From Longimicrobiales bacterium (lineage in GTDB: Bacteria > Gemmatimonadota > Gemmatimonadetes > Longimicrobiales > Gaopeijiaceae): 64,000 bases of DNA. This document shows, one piece after another, positions 45,640 through 54,650 of this stretch. The stretch is taken from contig CBDCNQ010000004.1 in assembly GCA_965219445.1 (NCBI GenBank), forward strand, positions 896,001-960,000, read 5' to 3'. The notes under the pieces are model-generated. The model had not been told where the DNA came from and searched no databases. It worked only from the letters and a program-made list of their open reading frames with translations. Position 1 is the stretch's first letter; each line of letters opens with the position of its first letter. The position numbers and the translations under genes were made by a program.

Positions 45640-47208
45640 TCAGGCGGGATCCGCTGCGTACGTTTGGTGGAAGCCGGTGATTGCCTGGTATGCCGCGGCC
45701 ACTGCGAACAAGCGCTCTTCTCCGAACGGTGGCGCGGCCATGACGACGCCGCGGGGCACGGTTTTCCCCGTGTCGGTGTCGGTATCGAAACCGATCGGCA
45801 TGCACATCAACGGAATTCCCGTGCCGTCGAATGCTCCAGTCGCGGTGGTCAGGACCACGTCACACTGGTTGAAGAGCTGCGTCAGCATCCTGCTCAGCAG
45901 CAGATTGCGTGCTTGTTGGACCTTCACGTACGTATCCGCGCTCTGTAGCATCCCGTTGAGGAAGCGAGGAAGCCGGTCGGCGAAGTTCCGAACGTCCTTT
46001 CGCAGGTGCTCGATGAAGAATGCCGTCGGGTCGCCATGCGACCCGCCCAGCGGCTCGCCCGTCAGCTCCTCCCATTGATCCGGGAGCGTCACGTCCGGCA
46101 CGATCTGCACCGAAGGATTCCGCTCGAGCTCGGTGATGAAGGCCCGACGCAGCTCGTTTACGCGCTCGTTGTCGTCCGACAGATACTCGGGCCAGACGCC
46201 TACGCGGGTGGGCCACCGAAGCCGGGGGCGATCCCCTCCGAAAGCCGTAGCGGCCAGTGCGTAGTTTGGCGCGGTGGGGAGTCCGAGACTCCTTGCGTCG
46301 CTGGGGTCGGGCTGAGCCAGGACTTGTAGGAGAATCGCTGTATCCTTCGCGTCGCGGGCCATGACCCCGACGTGATCCCGTGTGTAGCTCAGAGGGATTA
46401 CGCCGTGCAGGGAGATGCGTCCGAACGTAGGCTTGATGCAGGTCAGTCCCTGTGCGTTTCCAGGCCCCATCACCGAGCCGCCCGTCTCGGTGCCGAGGCC
46501 CGCGATCGCAAGCCTGGCTGCAACCGCCGTTGCGGGCCCCGAGGACGAGCCGCCAGGGCTGTAGCGCCCGTCATCCGGACTCCACGCGTTGCGTGTCGTG
46601 GGTGTCGTGGTGCCGTACACTCGGGCACGGCCTCCGGCCAGGTTCCCCATCTGCCCCTTGCCGACAATGAGAGCGCCTGCGGCCCGTATGAGCGCGACCG
46701 CGGTGGCGTCGTAGTCGGGTTGGAATCCTTCGAAGACGAGCGACCCTCCTTCAGTGAGCAGATCAGACGTATAGAAGTTGTCTTTCGGCACCAGGCACAT
46801 CCCCCTGAGTGGCGAGCTTTGCTCGTCGTCAGGCGTTCCGTCCAGCTGGGCCAGCAGGTCTTCCCGATCGGGTCGGTCCGCGTAGGCCTCGTAGATGCCG
46901 TCGAACGCCTCGATGCGGTCTACGTACGCGTTGACCAGATCCGTGGGCGCGAGGGTCCCGGCGCGCATCAGGCTCATCGACTCCGACATCGTGAGCGTCG
47001 TGAGATCACTGACAGACTGAAGACGCACGTCCGTCGCGAAAGCCTCCGCAGTCACAACGGGACCCTTGGAACTCGCCGAAGCGGGCACCCTCGAAGGAAG
47101 GGAACCCGTCGCAGCTGCCGAGGAGACCCACGCCATCCGATTGAGAAACCAGCGACGAGAAACCCTCTCGTCCTGGGGGATGTCCATCGCTGAAGTCGCG
47201 TCGCTCAT
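45640..47208 (-). CDS. Amidase signature family enzyme with Tat-like signal
   Basis: SRRWFL; VPKDNF (Lys), PGGSSSG, GTETGGS (Ser), IKPTFGRIS..GVIPLS. Confidence 0.9.
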   Translation of the reverse strand: MSDATSAMDIPQDERVSRRWFLNRMAWVSSAAATGSLPSRVPASASSKGPVVTAEAFATDVRLQSVSDLTTLTMSESMSLMRAGTLAPTDLVNAYVDRIEAFDGIYEAYADRPDREDLLAQLDGTPDDEQSSPLRGMCLVPKDNFYTSDLLTEGGSLVFEGFQPDYDATAVALIRAAGALIVGKGQMGNLAGGRARVYGTTTPTTRNAWSPDDGRYSPGGSSSGPATAVAARLAIAGLGTETGGSVMGPGNAQGLTCIKPTFGRISLHGVIPLSYTRDHVGVMARDAKDTAILLQVLAQPDPSDARSLGLPTAPNYALAATAFGGDRPRLRWPTRVGVWPEYLSDDNERVNELRRAFITELERNPSVQIVPDVTLPDQWEELTGEPLGGSHGDPTAFFIEHLRKDVRNFADRLPRFLNGMLQSADTYVKVQQARNLLLSRMLTQLFNQCDVVLTTATGAFDGTGIPLMCMPIGFDTDTDTGKTVPRGVVMAAPPFGEERLFAVAAAYQAITGFHQTYAADPA

Positions 47209-47477
47209 CGTGATTCCTCCTCCGTCCACGCGGTGAACGGAGCGGGATGCGGCACCGGCAGGTGAAACTGCGGATCGATGTCGAAGTCGGCAGCCGTGAC
47301 GTCCTGACGAAGAATCGATCTGGCGTTTTCGAGAAGGCGCTCCTGATCCATCGGCGCGTCTTCATCGGACTCGGGCAATACGGAGATGTCGATCCCAAGA
47401 AGCGCATAGCGCGTGAGAATGTACGCGTTCAGCTCTTCGTCGGTCGGCGGATCCGGGCGGGCGGGAACTTGCGTCAT
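47205..47477 (-). CDS. Small hypothetical protein translationally coupled to the amidase
   Basis: 90-aa ORF MTQVPARPDPPTDEELNAYI...; stop overlaps the amidase ATG (ATGA). Confidence 0.6.
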   Translation of the reverse strand: MTQVPARPDPPTDEELNAYILTRYALLGIDISVLPESDEDAPMDQERLLENARSILRQDVTAADFDIDPQFHLPVPHPAPFTAWTEEESR

Positions 47478-47636
47478 GCGGGCCTCCGGTAAGTGGCCGC
47501 TAGCGGCTTCGGATGGCCACCGTAGACCGGGGGCGGGCCACCCGTCAAGGCAGCGCGTCTCAAGCGATTGGCCTCTTCGAGACCGTGAAGCGATCATACA
47601 GCGGAAGACTCACCTCGATTCTGAAAAGGATGCGGC

Positions 47637-48731
47637 ATGTCGATACACAGCGGCAAGCGCTCGCGTATGGTGAATGGGCTGATCCTCTTGGCGCTCCTGA
47701 CCGTGGCCTGCGCCGACCCATCGGACATTCCTCAATTTCGAGTGGACCCGTTCTGGGCAAGCGAGCTGCCGAACAACTGGATATTGGGACAGGTCTCCGG
47801 CGTGGCGGTCGACAACCGGGACCACGTCTGGATCGTCCACCGGCCGCGCACGCTCGACGCCCGACAACGCGGCGAGGAAGGGATGTGCTGCGTGCCGGCA
47901 CCGCCGGTGATCGAGCTCGACCCGGATGGAAACGTGGTGCGCTCGTGGGGCGGGCCAGGCGACGGCTTCGAGTGGCCTGAGAACGAGCACGGCATCCACC
48001 TCGATCATCAGGGCAACGTCTGGATCGGCGGCAATGGGGCGGGTGACGCCCACGTGCTCAAGTTCACGGCCGATGGCGAGTTCCTCCTGCAGATCGGTCG
48101 GGCCGGCCAGAGCGCGGGCAGCAACGACACGGAGAACCTGGGCCGGCCGGCCTCGATCGAAGTGGACCCGGCGGCGAGCGAAGTTTACATCGCCGACGGC
48201 TACGGCAATCGCCGTGCGATCGTGTTCGACTCCGAAACCGGAGAGTACAAGCGGCACTGGGGGGCGTACGGTGAGCGCCCGGCCGACACGGACCTACCAC
48301 CGTACGACCCGGAGGCTGAGCCGATCCGCCATTTCCGCAGCCCGGTGCACGGCGTGGCCATCGCGAACGACGGTCTAGTGTATGTGGCCGACCGGACGAA
48401 CAACCGCTTGCAGGTGTTCCAGAAGGATGGTCAGTTCGTGACCGAGGCGTTCGTGCGAACCGAGACGCTCGGCAGTGGCTCAGCGTCCGGCGTGACCCTC
48501 TCGGAGGATGGGGACCAACGATGGCTCTTCATTCCTGACGGGACCAACAACGTGGTGTGGATCATGAACCGGTCCTCGCTCGAAGTAGTGGATTACTTCG
48601 GACGGCTCGGTAAGAACGCCGGTCAGTTCTACCGACTGCACAACCTGGCGATCGACTCGCGAGGTAATCTCTACACCACCGAGGTCAACGTGGGACAGCG
48701 CCTGCAGAAGTTCGATCGGGTCGGAAGATGA
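47637..48731 (+). CDS. NHL-repeat peptidyl-alpha-hydroxyglycine alpha-amidating lyase (PAL)-like lipoprotein (start may be 47667)
   Basis: LGQVSGVAVD, EHGIHLD, ADGYGNRR, VHGVAI, ADRTNNRLQVF, LHNLAID; lipobox TVAC. Confidence 0.85.
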   Translation: MSIHSGKRSRMVNGLILLALLTVACADPSDIPQFRVDPFWASELPNNWILGQVSGVAVDNRDHVWIVHRPRTLDARQRGEEGMCCVPAPPVIELDPDGNVVRSWGGPGDGFEWPENEHGIHLDHQGNVWIGGNGAGDAHVLKFTADGEFLLQIGRAGQSAGSNDTENLGRPASIEVDPAASEVYIADGYGNRRAIVFDSETGEYKRHWGAYGERPADTDLPPYDPEAEPIRHFRSPVHGVAIANDGLVYVADRTNNRLQVFQKDGQFVTEAFVRTETLGSGSASGVTLSEDGDQRWLFIPDGTNNVVWIMNRSSLEVVDYFGRLGKNAGQFYRLHNLAIDSRGNLYTTEVNVGQRLQKFDRVGR

Positions 48732-48861
48732 CCGGAGCGGGCCAGAGCGAAGCCTGTCGGTTGGACCAGGGATGGCCCCTCAACATGAGTAATCGATATG
48801 TTCCGCTTCGAAGGGCCACAGAAGACCACTCACACACCACCCCCACGCGTGGAGGACCCGT

Positions 48862-50601
48862 ATGAAGCACGTTCGCTTGCTGCTTAGCGGTGCGGTTATT
48901 GCGTTTACCCTGGGAGTAGTCGGGACGGACGCACAAGTGAGTGATTTTCAGCCGGTTACCGACGAGGTGCTGCGTAATCCCTCTGACGCTGACTGGCTTC
49001 AGTGGCGACGCACCTACGATGGTTGGGCTTACAGCCCGCTCGACCAGATCGACCGCGAGAATGTGCGGAATCTGCAGTTGGTGTGGTCTAGAGCGCTGAA
49101 CGCTGGACAGGTAGAGCTCATCCCACTTGTGTACAATGGAGTCATGTACATTCCCCATCCTGGGAGTGTAATCGAGGCCGTCGACGCCACTACGGGTGAT
49201 CTGATTTGGCGATACCGCCGTGATACCTCCGAAGGCGCCGGCAGCGCCTCCGGTGTTCGGAACATCGCAATTTATGACGACAAGATTTTTTTCGCGGTGC
49301 CGGCCGGTGGCTTTCTGATCGCCCTAGATGCCCGAACGGGAGCGGTGGTTTGGGAAACTCAGATCGAGGCGTTGACTCGCCACACGTCCGGCCCGATCGT
49401 AGTTGGCGGCAACGTCCTCACCGGGCGGCGCTGTACTCCCGGCCCTGCCGGCGGTGTAGTAGGAGGCTGCTTCATTGCTGCTCACGATGCCGAAACCGGC
49501 GAAGAATTGTGGCGCAGGTTCACCATCGCCCGTCCAGGTGAGCCGGGTGGGAATAGCTGGGGTGGCCTTCCTCTCAATCGCCGGTGGCACGTATCGGTCT
49601 GGATGCCTGGTACCTTCGATCCGGAGCTCAACTTGGTATACTGGGGGACTGGGGTTCCCGGCCCGTATCCTGAAGTAGCGCGCGGCTCAGATGGTGGGGA
49701 TCTGCTGTATTCCAACTCTACGCTCGCCTTGAACCCGGAGACAGGTGAAATCGTCTGGTACTATCAGCATCTGCCCGGCGACGATATGGATATGGACCAC
49801 GTCCATGAGCGAATTCTAGTAGACATCTCTTTTGAGCCTTCGAATGCGCTCGAGTGGTACAACCCCGCCGCTGCCGGCGAGGAGCGCAAGGTGCTGTGGG
49901 CAGCTGGAAAAGCGGGCACCCAGTTCGTGCTCGATCGTGAAACCGGGGAGTTCCTGTGGGCACGACCGATGCTTCACCAGAACGTCATAGTGGACATCGA
50001 TGAGGCGGGTCGTGTCACAAAAAACGCGGGCCTTGTCCACAAGGACTTCGGTGACGTCTTGGTCGCTGGTCCCAGGGCTGGGAAAGACTGGTGGTATGGA
50101 ACCTATAGCCCACTGACTAACGCCGTTTATCAGCCGCTGCTCAACGCGTGGGTTGAGCAGACAAGTACCGTATGGGACGGGGCTGGTAGCGGCACGATAC
50201 GGAGAACCATCCCTTCACCCGATCAGTCAGGATTCGCCGGCATGGTCAAGGGGTACAACGTCGCGACGGGCGAGCTTTTGTGGGAATACAAACAAGCTGC
50301 GCCGTGGCTCGGTGGGCTGGTATCGACTGGCGGTGGCTTACTCTTCGGTGGTGACATCAATCGGAGATTCAGGGCGCTTGATCAAGAGACCGGAGAGGTG
50401 CTGTGGCAGTCCATCCTCAACAGCAGAATCACGGGCGGCGCGATCAGTTATGCGGTCGATGGCCGGCAATACGTTGCGGTGGCGGCGGGCGGCGGAAGTT
50501 CGAGCGCATACGAGACGTTCGGCATTACGCCCGAGCTGGATCTGGAGGCGCCTCGTGGCAGCAACACCATTTTCGTGTTTGCCTTGCCCGAGTCCGAATA
50601 G
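48862..50601 (+). CDS. PQQ-binding beta-propeller dehydrogenase
   Basis: YSPLDQI..ENV..L, DATTGDLIW, YWGTG, YSNSTLAL, DQETGEVLW, YAVDGRQYVAV. Confidence 0.9.
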   Translation: MKHVRLLLSGAVIAFTLGVVGTDAQVSDFQPVTDEVLRNPSDADWLQWRRTYDGWAYSPLDQIDRENVRNLQLVWSRALNAGQVELIPLVYNGVMYIPHPGSVIEAVDATTGDLIWRYRRDTSEGAGSASGVRNIAIYDDKIFFAVPAGGFLIALDARTGAVVWETQIEALTRHTSGPIVVGGNVLTGRRCTPGPAGGVVGGCFIAAHDAETGEELWRRFTIARPGEPGGNSWGGLPLNRRWHVSVWMPGTFDPELNLVYWGTGVPGPYPEVARGSDGGDLLYSNSTLALNPETGEIVWYYQHLPGDDMDMDHVHERILVDISFEPSNALEWYNPAAAGEERKVLWAAGKAGTQFVLDRETGEFLWARPMLHQNVIVDIDEAGRVTKNAGLVHKDFGDVLVAGPRAGKDWWYGTYSPLTNAVYQPLLNAWVEQTSTVWDGAGSGTIRRTIPSPDQSGFAGMVKGYNVATGELLWEYKQAAPWLGGLVSTGGGLLFGGDINRRFRALDQETGEVLWQSILNSRITGGAISYAVDGRQYVAVAAGGGSSSAYETFGITPELDLEAPRGSNTIFVFALPESE

Positions 50602-50612
50602 GAACGTCTGCT

Positions 50613-51566
50613 CTACGGGGTGACCGTAACGTTCACATAAGCGTTGGTCCAACAGCACTGGCTGCTAAAGCTCCCGTTGAGCACTTGCACGAGCAGGACG
50701 TAGTCGCCGGGTTGGTTGAATGTCACTTCCGTAGTCTGCTCCGTCGGATCCGGGCCCACCTGGAACCGGCTCCTCCGCGGTCGGAAGCTCGTCGTAGCCG
50801 CCGGTCCACTGAATTTACTCCACTTCAGTGACTGCTCGACAAGGACGCCCTCTTCATCCGGGTCCAAGTCATCGAACGCGACAGTGCCCTCGTCGGGGTC
50901 GGACACCGAGATCGTAAGCGATAGCGGGTTTCCCACCCGAGTCGTGAAAGGCCCGGCTGTCATCCCACCCTTGCCTCTCCCCTCCGACCCGAATGGCTCG
51001 ACGAATCGGACCACCGGCGCCGTAAGAACGCCGGCTACGCCAGCATCATTTTCGAAATCCATCAACGCCGCCCCGACGGAATTCACGAGGTTGTCCACCC
51101 TCCAGGGGCGAGACGTAATGTGGCCAGGGACCCTGAAGGTTTGACCATCAATTCGCAGATTCCACCAAACGCGCTCGCTCCCAATATCGCCTGGCACGTT
51201 CACGGCGAAAACGCAGTATTCCCGAACCATGCGGCCAGGACGAAGATCATCCCCGGGTCCCAGGGCGGGAAAGTGAGTCGGCTGAGCCCCCTGAAAGCGG
51301 GCCGGCTCGATGAAGTTGTTCTCACCTATCGGGATGTCGAGTGATTCTTCCCGATTCAGGTTGAAGAATCCGAAGCATAGATCGTACGTCCCGTTTTCGT
51401 TGGCGTACCATCCCTCGAACACGGGGATTACGGGCTGGCCGGACGCGCGCACAGTTCGTAGCTGCCAGTCCATTTGTGTTACCGGAGGCCGCGTCGCCAC
51501 CTGCGCATGCAAAGCTGGCGTGCCTGCCAGGAGAAGCCCAGCAATCAGAAATCCAGCCAGGGTCAA
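50613..51566 (-). CDS. Secreted hypothetical protein with Ig/PKD-like C-terminus, partner of the Cu-monooxygenase-like gene
   Basis: TTG start 4 nt after upstream stop; signal peptide; GQPVIPVFEGW, QPTHFP, TFNQPGDYVL, QCCWTN. Confidence 0.7.
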   Translation of the reverse strand: MTLAGFLIAGLLLAGTPALHAQVATRPPVTQMDWQLRTVRASGQPVIPVFEGWYANENGTYDLCFGFFNLNREESLDIPIGENNFIEPARFQGAQPTHFPALGPGDDLRPGRMVREYCVFAVNVPGDIGSERVWWNLRIDGQTFRVPGHITSRPWRVDNLVNSVGAALMDFENDAGVAGVLTAPVVRFVEPFGSEGRGKGGMTAGPFTTRVGNPLSLTISVSDPDEGTVAFDDLDPDEEGVLVEQSLKWSKFSGPAATTSFRPRRSRFQVGPDPTEQTTEVTFNQPGDYVLLVQVLNGSFSSQCCWTNAYVNVTVTP

Positions 51567-51570
51567 CGCT

Positions 51571-52968
51571 CTACCGGCTGTTGACGGCGATCGGCTGCTG
51601 GCGGCCCTCCCTCTCTGCGACCAGCCGCGCGAAGTCCTCATCGTCGTAAAACGTCATCCCCAACCGTAATCTGAACATTTCGTCGACGGTCCGTGAGCCA
51701 CCTGTTATCCACTGGTCGGGATCCGTGTTGGCGGCGTTATTCTCAGTGTTGTCAAACACCGACGTTATGATGACCGTGGTGCCCTTCGGCAATAACGGCC
51801 TCGCATCGTCCTCGTACAGGAACGCGGTGTGCCAGCGCTGGTCGCAGTCGAGCTTGTTGATCAACTCATACTGGCCGTCAGGATAGACTACCTCTAAGAC
51901 ATTGTATGCGCCGAGCAGGTGCATATGACCCCGGATAGCGTGAACCTGGGCATTGCCCTCCAGTCGAAATGCGCTCCGGAAAGTCGCCTGGCTATTCGGT
52001 GCAATGAGGAGCGGAGTGTCCTGCATACCCGGCATGCTACCCTGGTCGAACACCACGTCGCCCTCGGTCGGATAGGGAAGCTCTCCCTCCGGGTACAGCC
52101 ACACGCCTACCTGCAACGCGACCTCTTCCAGATCCGCTTCGAGCTTCGCCGGGTAGAAATGCGGGTTGAAAGTGATCAGGTCTCCCTCCTTGAGCAGTCT
52201 GCCCGTACCCTCAGGGAAGATCGATCCTTGCACTCCCACCGCCGCTTCCGCCAGTTGGTCTCGATTCCCCCTCACCGCGTGGGTGCCCGGGCCCTGATAC
52301 AGATCCTCTGGCGCCCGATTCGCCACGCGAGCGGAGCCGTGATGGAAGACAGATGCCGATCCGGGGTTCATGGGCCTGAGCTCCACGGCCCTGACCCACC
52401 GCTCCCCGGCGACGCCCATGTCGCTCGTCATCTCCACGGGGGGCAGATTCGGCCATTGGTCCATCCCGTCGGCCTTCACCGTGTAGAACGGCGAAGTGAT
52501 CACCACGTCCGGAGCACGACCGAACTCATCTTCGTACGCCCACGCCTCTCCCCATGCGGGCCAGTCGATCGGAGGCGGCTCGTCCGCCGGGTCACCGCGC
52601 GGCGCGCCCGCATCCACCCATCGAACGATCGTTTCGATCTCCTCACTGCTCAGCGACCGGTCATTCTTGAAGCTCTGGATCCCCACCTCCGTGTCCATCG
52701 GCCACGGCGGCATGATTCGCTTTGATACCTGGTCCTTGATCAGGGGCGCCCACGAGCTTGCGTCTTCGTAGGTCAAGAGGGACATCGGAGCGACGCTGCC
52801 CGGCCGATGGCACACCTGGCAGTTCTCCTGAATGATCGGCGCCACGTCCTTCGCGTACACGACAGCGTCGTCCGCTTGGGCTGAAGCCAGCGCTGGCAAC
52901 ACCAACCCAGCCAGCCCTCCCCACAGCAAGCGTTCAAGCCTCTTTGGAAAGAACGTTTTCCCGTTCAT
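51571..52968 (-). CDS. Heme c-containing copper type II (PHM-like) monooxygenase
   Basis: Signal peptide; CQVCH heme motif with MPPW; VFHHG, NPHFY, GHMHLLG, DEMF match the PHM Cu-ligand pattern. Confidence 0.75.
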   Translation of the reverse strand: MNGKTFFPKRLERLLWGGLAGLVLPALASAQADDAVVYAKDVAPIIQENCQVCHRPGSVAPMSLLTYEDASSWAPLIKDQVSKRIMPPWPMDTEVGIQSFKNDRSLSSEEIETIVRWVDAGAPRGDPADEPPPIDWPAWGEAWAYEDEFGRAPDVVITSPFYTVKADGMDQWPNLPPVEMTSDMGVAGERWVRAVELRPMNPGSASVFHHGSARVANRAPEDLYQGPGTHAVRGNRDQLAEAAVGVQGSIFPEGTGRLLKEGDLITFNPHFYPAKLEADLEEVALQVGVWLYPEGELPYPTEGDVVFDQGSMPGMQDTPLLIAPNSQATFRSAFRLEGNAQVHAIRGHMHLLGAYNVLEVVYPDGQYELINKLDCDQRWHTAFLYEDDARPLLPKGTTVIITSVFDNTENNAANTDPDQWITGGSRTVDEMFRLRLGMTFYDDEDFARLVAEREGRQQPIAVNSR

Positions 52969-53103
52969 CTCACGGTGCTCCTGCTGGTGAGTTTCGCAGC
53001 TATTTTTCCACTGATGATACGTAACCCACCATAACAATGCAGGCAAGCCGCCCACCGCCGTACGGGTCGGATCGCTCCCAGGTAGTAACGGCTCGCCGGG
53101 TAT

Positions 53104-53132
53104 TTGACAGGCCCCAGAAGGGCCGATATTCT
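53104..53132 (+). promoter_or_regulatory. Sigma70-like promoter TTGACA-17-TATTCT
   Basis: -35 at 53104-53109 and -10 at 53127-53132, upstream of the amidohydrolase. Confidence 0.6.
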
Positions 53133-53245
53133 TGCCGTTCTTTACCTGTGCGTACTGCGGTAGCTCTTGGCTGGATGATGGGAACCTACTGGACAATGGG
53201 AGCCCAAATGTTTTACTCCCGCCAAGGCGTGACAGGAGGGGTTCC

Positions 53246-54640
53246 ATGCGCTGGACAAGGATGTCAAGGGCGGCCGTTGCCTTAACGGCCTCGATCTGGA
53301 GCACAGCTGGGTCCCTCGTAGCCCAGGGGGGCGCAGGGCAAGGAGACAATCCATTCTTCGCGCCGGCCGACCAGGTGGTCGCGATTCGTGCGGGTCGTTT
53401 GTTTGATGGCACGTCATCCATGCACTTGGCAGATCAAATCATCCTCATCAGGGGCGATCGGATTGTAGACGTGGGTTCGAACGTGCGGATCCCGTCCGGG
53501 GCCACCGTGATCAATCTGGGTGGGGCGACGGTGCTTCCGGGATTGATCGACACGCACCTTCACATGATGGGGAACGGGACGCCTGGGCAGCAGTGGATTG
53601 TGGGGGTGCAAGCGGCCCAGATGGCCTTGAACGGAGGCTGGACGACCGTGGTCGACCAGGGCTCGCGCGAGAATTTACCCTGGGCCACGATCGAAATGAA
53701 GAACGCGATCAATAGCGGCCAAATGCTTGGGCCACGAATGCAAGTTGCAGGACCCGTCCTGAATCCGCGGGGCGGCGGGGCCGTACGGCAACTGCCGATC
53801 GGCTACGAGGACCTTCAGGTTCCTGGCGATAGGCTGGGCGTGTCGGGTCCATGGGAAGCCCGCCGCGCCGTTCGCACGCTCAAGTTGTACGGCGCCGATT
53901 GGGTAAAAGTCTACAGCACGTGGGACTTCCTGGACCCGGCGCAGGGCAGGTTTTACCAGGCGGACGGGACGATGCTCGGCCTTCCGGCGCTGACCTTCGA
54001 GGAATTCGAGGCAATCGCGGACGAGTCTCGCCGGTTGGGGTTGAGAACCACATGTCACACCTATGGGCACGAAGAGGCCGCCTATAGCTGCGTGCGTGCG
54101 GGATTCGACGTGCCCATGCATATGATGGACCTCGACGACACGCTCCTGCAGGAGGTCGTCGAGAACGGTACGTCTGTGCAGATTACCTTCAACGATGCAT
54201 ACAATGGTGGATTTCCCGAGGGACGGGGTCCGCGCTGGATCAAGACGGAGGAGCTCTTCGTCAGACTGCTCGCCGCCGATATACCGATCCCGTTCGGGAG
54301 TGGCTCCCAGGGCTCTCCGTTCTCAGACACCAGGCCGAGAAGGATCGGTAAACAGGCGAACATTTTTTCCGTATTCGTAAGGCTGGGGATGACCCCGGCG
54401 CAGGCGCTTAACTCGGCCATGATGGTCGCGGCCGACGACTTGAATTACGACTGGGCAGAGGACATAGGGAGCATCGAGGCCGGAAAGTACGCCGACATTG
54501 TTGCGGTTGCGGGTGACCCGCTGGTCGATATTACCGAGATGGAGCGGGTCCGGTTTGTGATGAAGGGTGGAGTGGTGATCCGCGACGACCTCACGGACGA
54601 CCGGCCCGAGATCCTGTCCCTGCGCGGGGCCGGGAACTGA
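53246..54640 (+). CDS. Secreted amidohydrolase family protein (Xaa-Pro dipeptidase-like)
   Basis: RBS AGGAGG; LPGLIDTHLH, GADWVKVY, TCHTYG, GKYADIVAV.GDPL.DI. Confidence 0.9.
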   Translation: MRWTRMSRAAVALTASIWSTAGSLVAQGGAGQGDNPFFAPADQVVAIRAGRLFDGTSSMHLADQIILIRGDRIVDVGSNVRIPSGATVINLGGATVLPGLIDTHLHMMGNGTPGQQWIVGVQAAQMALNGGWTTVVDQGSRENLPWATIEMKNAINSGQMLGPRMQVAGPVLNPRGGGAVRQLPIGYEDLQVPGDRLGVSGPWEARRAVRTLKLYGADWVKVYSTWDFLDPAQGRFYQADGTMLGLPALTFEEFEAIADESRRLGLRTTCHTYGHEEAAYSCVRAGFDVPMHMMDLDDTLLQEVVENGTSVQITFNDAYNGGFPEGRGPRWIKTEELFVRLLAADIPIPFGSGSQGSPFSDTRPRRIGKQANIFSVFVRLGMTPAQALNSAMMVAADDLNYDWAEDIGSIEAGKYADIVAVAGDPLVDITEMERVRFVMKGGVVIRDDLTDDRPEILSLRGAGN

Positions 54641-54650
54641 CTGAGGAGCC

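Noticed and set aside
45640..47477. gatCA of the tRNA amidotransferase
   Set aside because: No gatB nearby, the amidase has an export-like signal, and the small ORF lacks clear GatC motifs
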